64,000 nucleotides of DNA from Rhizodiscina lignyota (taxonomy: Eukaryota). The stretch covers positions 248,001 to 312,000 of the forward strand of contig ML978132.1 in assembly GCA_010015805.1 (NCBI GenBank). The letters are read 5' to 3'. The translations under genes and the position numbers were made by a program. The notes under the pieces are model-generated. The model was given only the letters and a program-made list of their open reading frames with translations. It did not search any database and had not been told where the DNA came from. Shown one piece after another: positions 63,308 to 64,000 of this stretch; positions within the stretch are counted from its first letter, which is position 1; the number at the start of each line of letters is the position of its first letter.

Positions 63308-64000
63308 ATGCCTAAACCAGATCATTTGAGAAAAAGAAGCCGATATGTTGCGCAGGCGTGTGACCGATGCAAGACGGCAAAAGTGCGCTGTGATGGGGGT
63401 CTCCCCTGCGCATACTGTCGCGCACGAGACGCGGGCGGCTGTCGCTACAATACCGCACGATTTCCTATTCATGCACCGTCCAGGTAATGTACATTACTTA
63501 TACCAATGGATGGGGTGGAGAAAGATCATGCACTGATGGAGCAGCAGGGGAGGCGAAGAAAACATTGCCGTTCCAGCCTCAGTGTCCGCTCTGTTGCAAC
63601 AGCAGACTGAGAAATTAGACTTCTTGATTCAGCGCATGACGGTGCTGGACAAGGCCTCCAATGGCAATTTGCACCCCTCTTCAACTACCGATACAGGATT
63701 GTCAACACCAAAGCAGCCTTTGCCGTTATTCCAGAGCTCTACAAGCTCCTTTTTCTGCTTTGACCTGCTAGATACAAATTTGAAGCCCCGCGAGCATCAC
63801 ACGCCGGAGTCCGATCAGCTGCCATATCGAACTTCATTCTCCATTTTACAAGGGGAAATACTTGATGGCGAATCCAGCGTGATATCTGGAAATGAGTCTG
63901 AGGCAACCGGAAGTACTTCTTCTGGGGTCCACGACCCTATCGATGAGCTGGGCGGCTCTGACGTTGTTCGCCTAATGCATATTTATCAAGACATGATAGG
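63308..64000 (+). CDS. Zn(II)2Cys6 transcription factor, truncated by the window end
   Basis: ACDRCKTAKVRCDGGLPCAYCRARDAGGC; intron starting ~63484; the frame continues to the window end. Confidence 0.85.

Overview
Eukaryotic DNA from a filamentous ascomycete (Pezizomycotina-type short GT-AG introns with CTRAC/CTAAC branch points). It holds about 28 protein-coding loci; I recognised no rRNA, tRNA or CRISPR. The left part (0-24 kb) is mostly housekeeping: an RFX transcription factor, a DHA1 MFS pump, a Zn2Cys6 TF, a sulfotransferase-like protein, POS5 NADH kinase, a CST26-like acyltransferase and butanediol dehydrogenase. The centre (24-39 kb) looks like a decaying conflict/cell-death island. 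It contains one intact and one pseudogenised ADP-ribosyltransferase-like gene (R-S-E motif order) and a RIP-scarred NADAR (YbiA-like ADP-ribose hydrolase) relic, cut off by a 225-bp MITE, inside a degenerate repeat array spaced at ~110/~166 bp. It also has a HET-6-like gene with a 1-nt frameshift and a frameshifted caspase-like protease. The ART-like plus NADAR pairing recalls the bacterial DarT1-NADAR toxin-antitoxin logic and is the most interesting signal; it is an inference from motifs read by eye. The right part (39-64 kb) has a purine-cytosine permease, several accessory enzymes, a Ybt1-like ABCC transporter and a GH79. It ends in an aromatic-catabolism cluster: intradiol dioxygenase, salicylate-hydroxylase-like monooxygenase, nitroreductase, TfdB-like phenol monooxygenase and a Zn2Cys6 TF that runs off the window end. 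All family calls come from motif recognition, not database searches.
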